From contig CALVMV010000002.1 in assembly GCA_944349375.1 (NCBI GenBank), positions 106,899 through 170,898 of the forward strand: a DNA stretch of 64,000 nt. Direction: 5' to 3'. The notes beneath the pieces are model-generated. The model was not told where the DNA came from and ran no database searches. It worked only from the letters and a program-made list of their open reading frames with translations. Made by a program: the position numbers and the translations under genes. The number at the start of each line of letters is the position of its first letter. Position 1 is the first letter of the stretch. The stretch comes from an uncultured Clostridia bacterium (GTDB lineage: Bacteria > Bacillota > Clostridia > Christensenellales > UBA1242). Below, piece after piece: positions 62,942 to 64,000 of this stretch.

Positions 62942-63748
62942 CTACCCTCCAAAGATCATTTGACTATTTAATAAGACATTTGCTTTAAAACTTTTTTCAA
63001 AGCCCGAAAAAGTTAAAGCTAAAGTCGGATTTTTAAAACTTTGCTGATTGTTTAACACGATTTCATCGACTACAAAAGCTAAAACATTGCTTCCACTTCC
63101 AATAGAATTTAATTTGATGTAATGAGCACCATTTATTTTTTTGTCTATACTTTTAGATATTAATTTTATTAAAGAAATATCTCCATAAATTTGTCTAAAA
63201 ACCTCAAAATTTATAAGAATAATTGGCTGTTTAGTAATTACATCAATCAAAACATTTCCGCTATCAAGATAGCCATTTTCTTTTATTTCCTTACCATTGG
63301 CTTTTATTAATACATCATAAGTAAAACTTTTTATTCTTTGCATTTTGTTGTGCTGATAGATTAATAACTTAACAATAATATACAAACCTAGCCCTACAAT
63401 ATTAACAATAAAAATAGGATAATTTCCAATAGCTTGTTGAAGGGCAAAACAGCCCCCTCCTAAAACAAAAGTAAAAATAAAGTAAGATAAAAATGCATAA
63501 GCAAATCTTAAAAAAGTATTTATTTTAAAAGACAAACAGACCATTACTGTTGCAACAGGTATCTGGATAAGAATTTTTGAAATACTGTTTAAGTTAAAAA
63601 TAGGTAAAATCAAGGTAAAAATTGAACTTAATAAAGAATTGATTATTATCCATTTCGCTTTATCTTTAATAAAAAAAGATGTTAATTTAATAATTAAACA
63701 ATTTTGAATAAAATTAATAAGAATTGTTTGTTCAATATAAATTTGCAT
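62942..63748 (-). CDS. spoIIGA: sigma-E processing peptidase SpoIIGA
   Basis: MQIYIEQTILINF start, five TM segments and the aspartic protease motif GYLDSGNVLID. I start at ATG 63748 rather than the track start at 63778. Confidence 0.85.
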   Translation of the reverse strand: MQIYIEQTILINFIQNCLIIKLTSFFIKDKAKWIIINSLLSSIFTLILPIFNLNSISKILIQIPVATVMVCLSFKINTFLRFAYAFLSYFIFTFVLGGGCFALQQAIGNYPIFIVNIVGLGLYIIVKLLIYQHNKMQRIKSFTYDVLIKANGKEIKENGYLDSGNVLIDVITKQPIILINFEVFRQIYGDISLIKLISKSIDKKINGAHYIKLNSIGSGSNVLAFVVDEIVLNNQQSFKNPTLALTFSGFEKSFKANVLLNSQMIFGG

Positions 63749-64000
63749 CAAAATCCTTTTCTTTATGATAATATACATAAAAAAAGTTACAAACTAATAA
63801 AAAGTCGAAAATTTTAATTTTCTATTCTATTTTGTCTGCAATTAAATATTAAAAAATAAAATAAGATTTAGTTGTTACAATCCGTTTATAGATAAATTCA
63901 TAAAATCTTTTCTAATAAGCAAAAAGTAAAATTATAATATGATTTAACAAAAAAAAGCAGACTTTAGTCACTTACTTTTGAAACTAGCAGAATATTAAAG

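Overview
This window is an AT-rich chromosomal segment from an endospore-forming, low-GC Firmicute, probably Clostridia-like. The taxonomic call rests on spoIIGA-sigE-sigG, spoIIP, ylmC/ymxH, an hrcA-grpE-dnaK-dnaJ operon with a CIRCE operator, a T-box leader on ileS, and a long Bacillus-type SRP RNA. About 60 genes are present, almost all on the minus strand, and most are housekeeping: ileS, pepF, nifS/nifU, trxA, tcdA, hslVU, trmFO, topA, dprA, comM, rplS, rpsU, mtaB, rsmE, tsaD, prfB (with its programmed +1 frameshift), tlyA, yloU/yloV, rpmB, feoAB, nrdR, one tRNA-Arg(CCU) and the SRP RNA. No rRNA, CRISPR array, transposase or integrase was seen. Accessory or unexplained content sits in small islands. 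(1) A phage head module (TerS-like, portal, scaffold, capsid) at the left edge ends abruptly against chromosomal genes and has no large terminase. (2) A self-contained two-gene operon encodes a signal-peptide-less BspA-type LRR protein with a roughly 470-aa unrecognised C-terminal region, plus a translationally coupled coiled-coil protein; a small Cys-rich ORF lies next to it. (3) A single protein fuses a HEPN-like domain to a CBS pair. (4) A WG-repeat gene cassette is bracketed by roughly 65-bp direct repeats. (5) An SPFH/zinc-ribbon/membrane trio (YdjI/YdjG-like) is inserted next to dnaJ. (6) GrpE carries a metallothionein-like Cys-rich N-terminal extension. (7) Orphan genes lie at 42.4-44.8 kb, 48.8-50.2 kb and 51.6-52.3 kb. 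(8) An NrtR-like Nudix regulator sits next to a P-loop kinase-CYTH fusion gene, and the same 7-5-7 palindrome precedes both. I consider (8) and (2) the best candidates for new biology. All functional calls come from my own motif-level reading of the translations, and no database search was possible.
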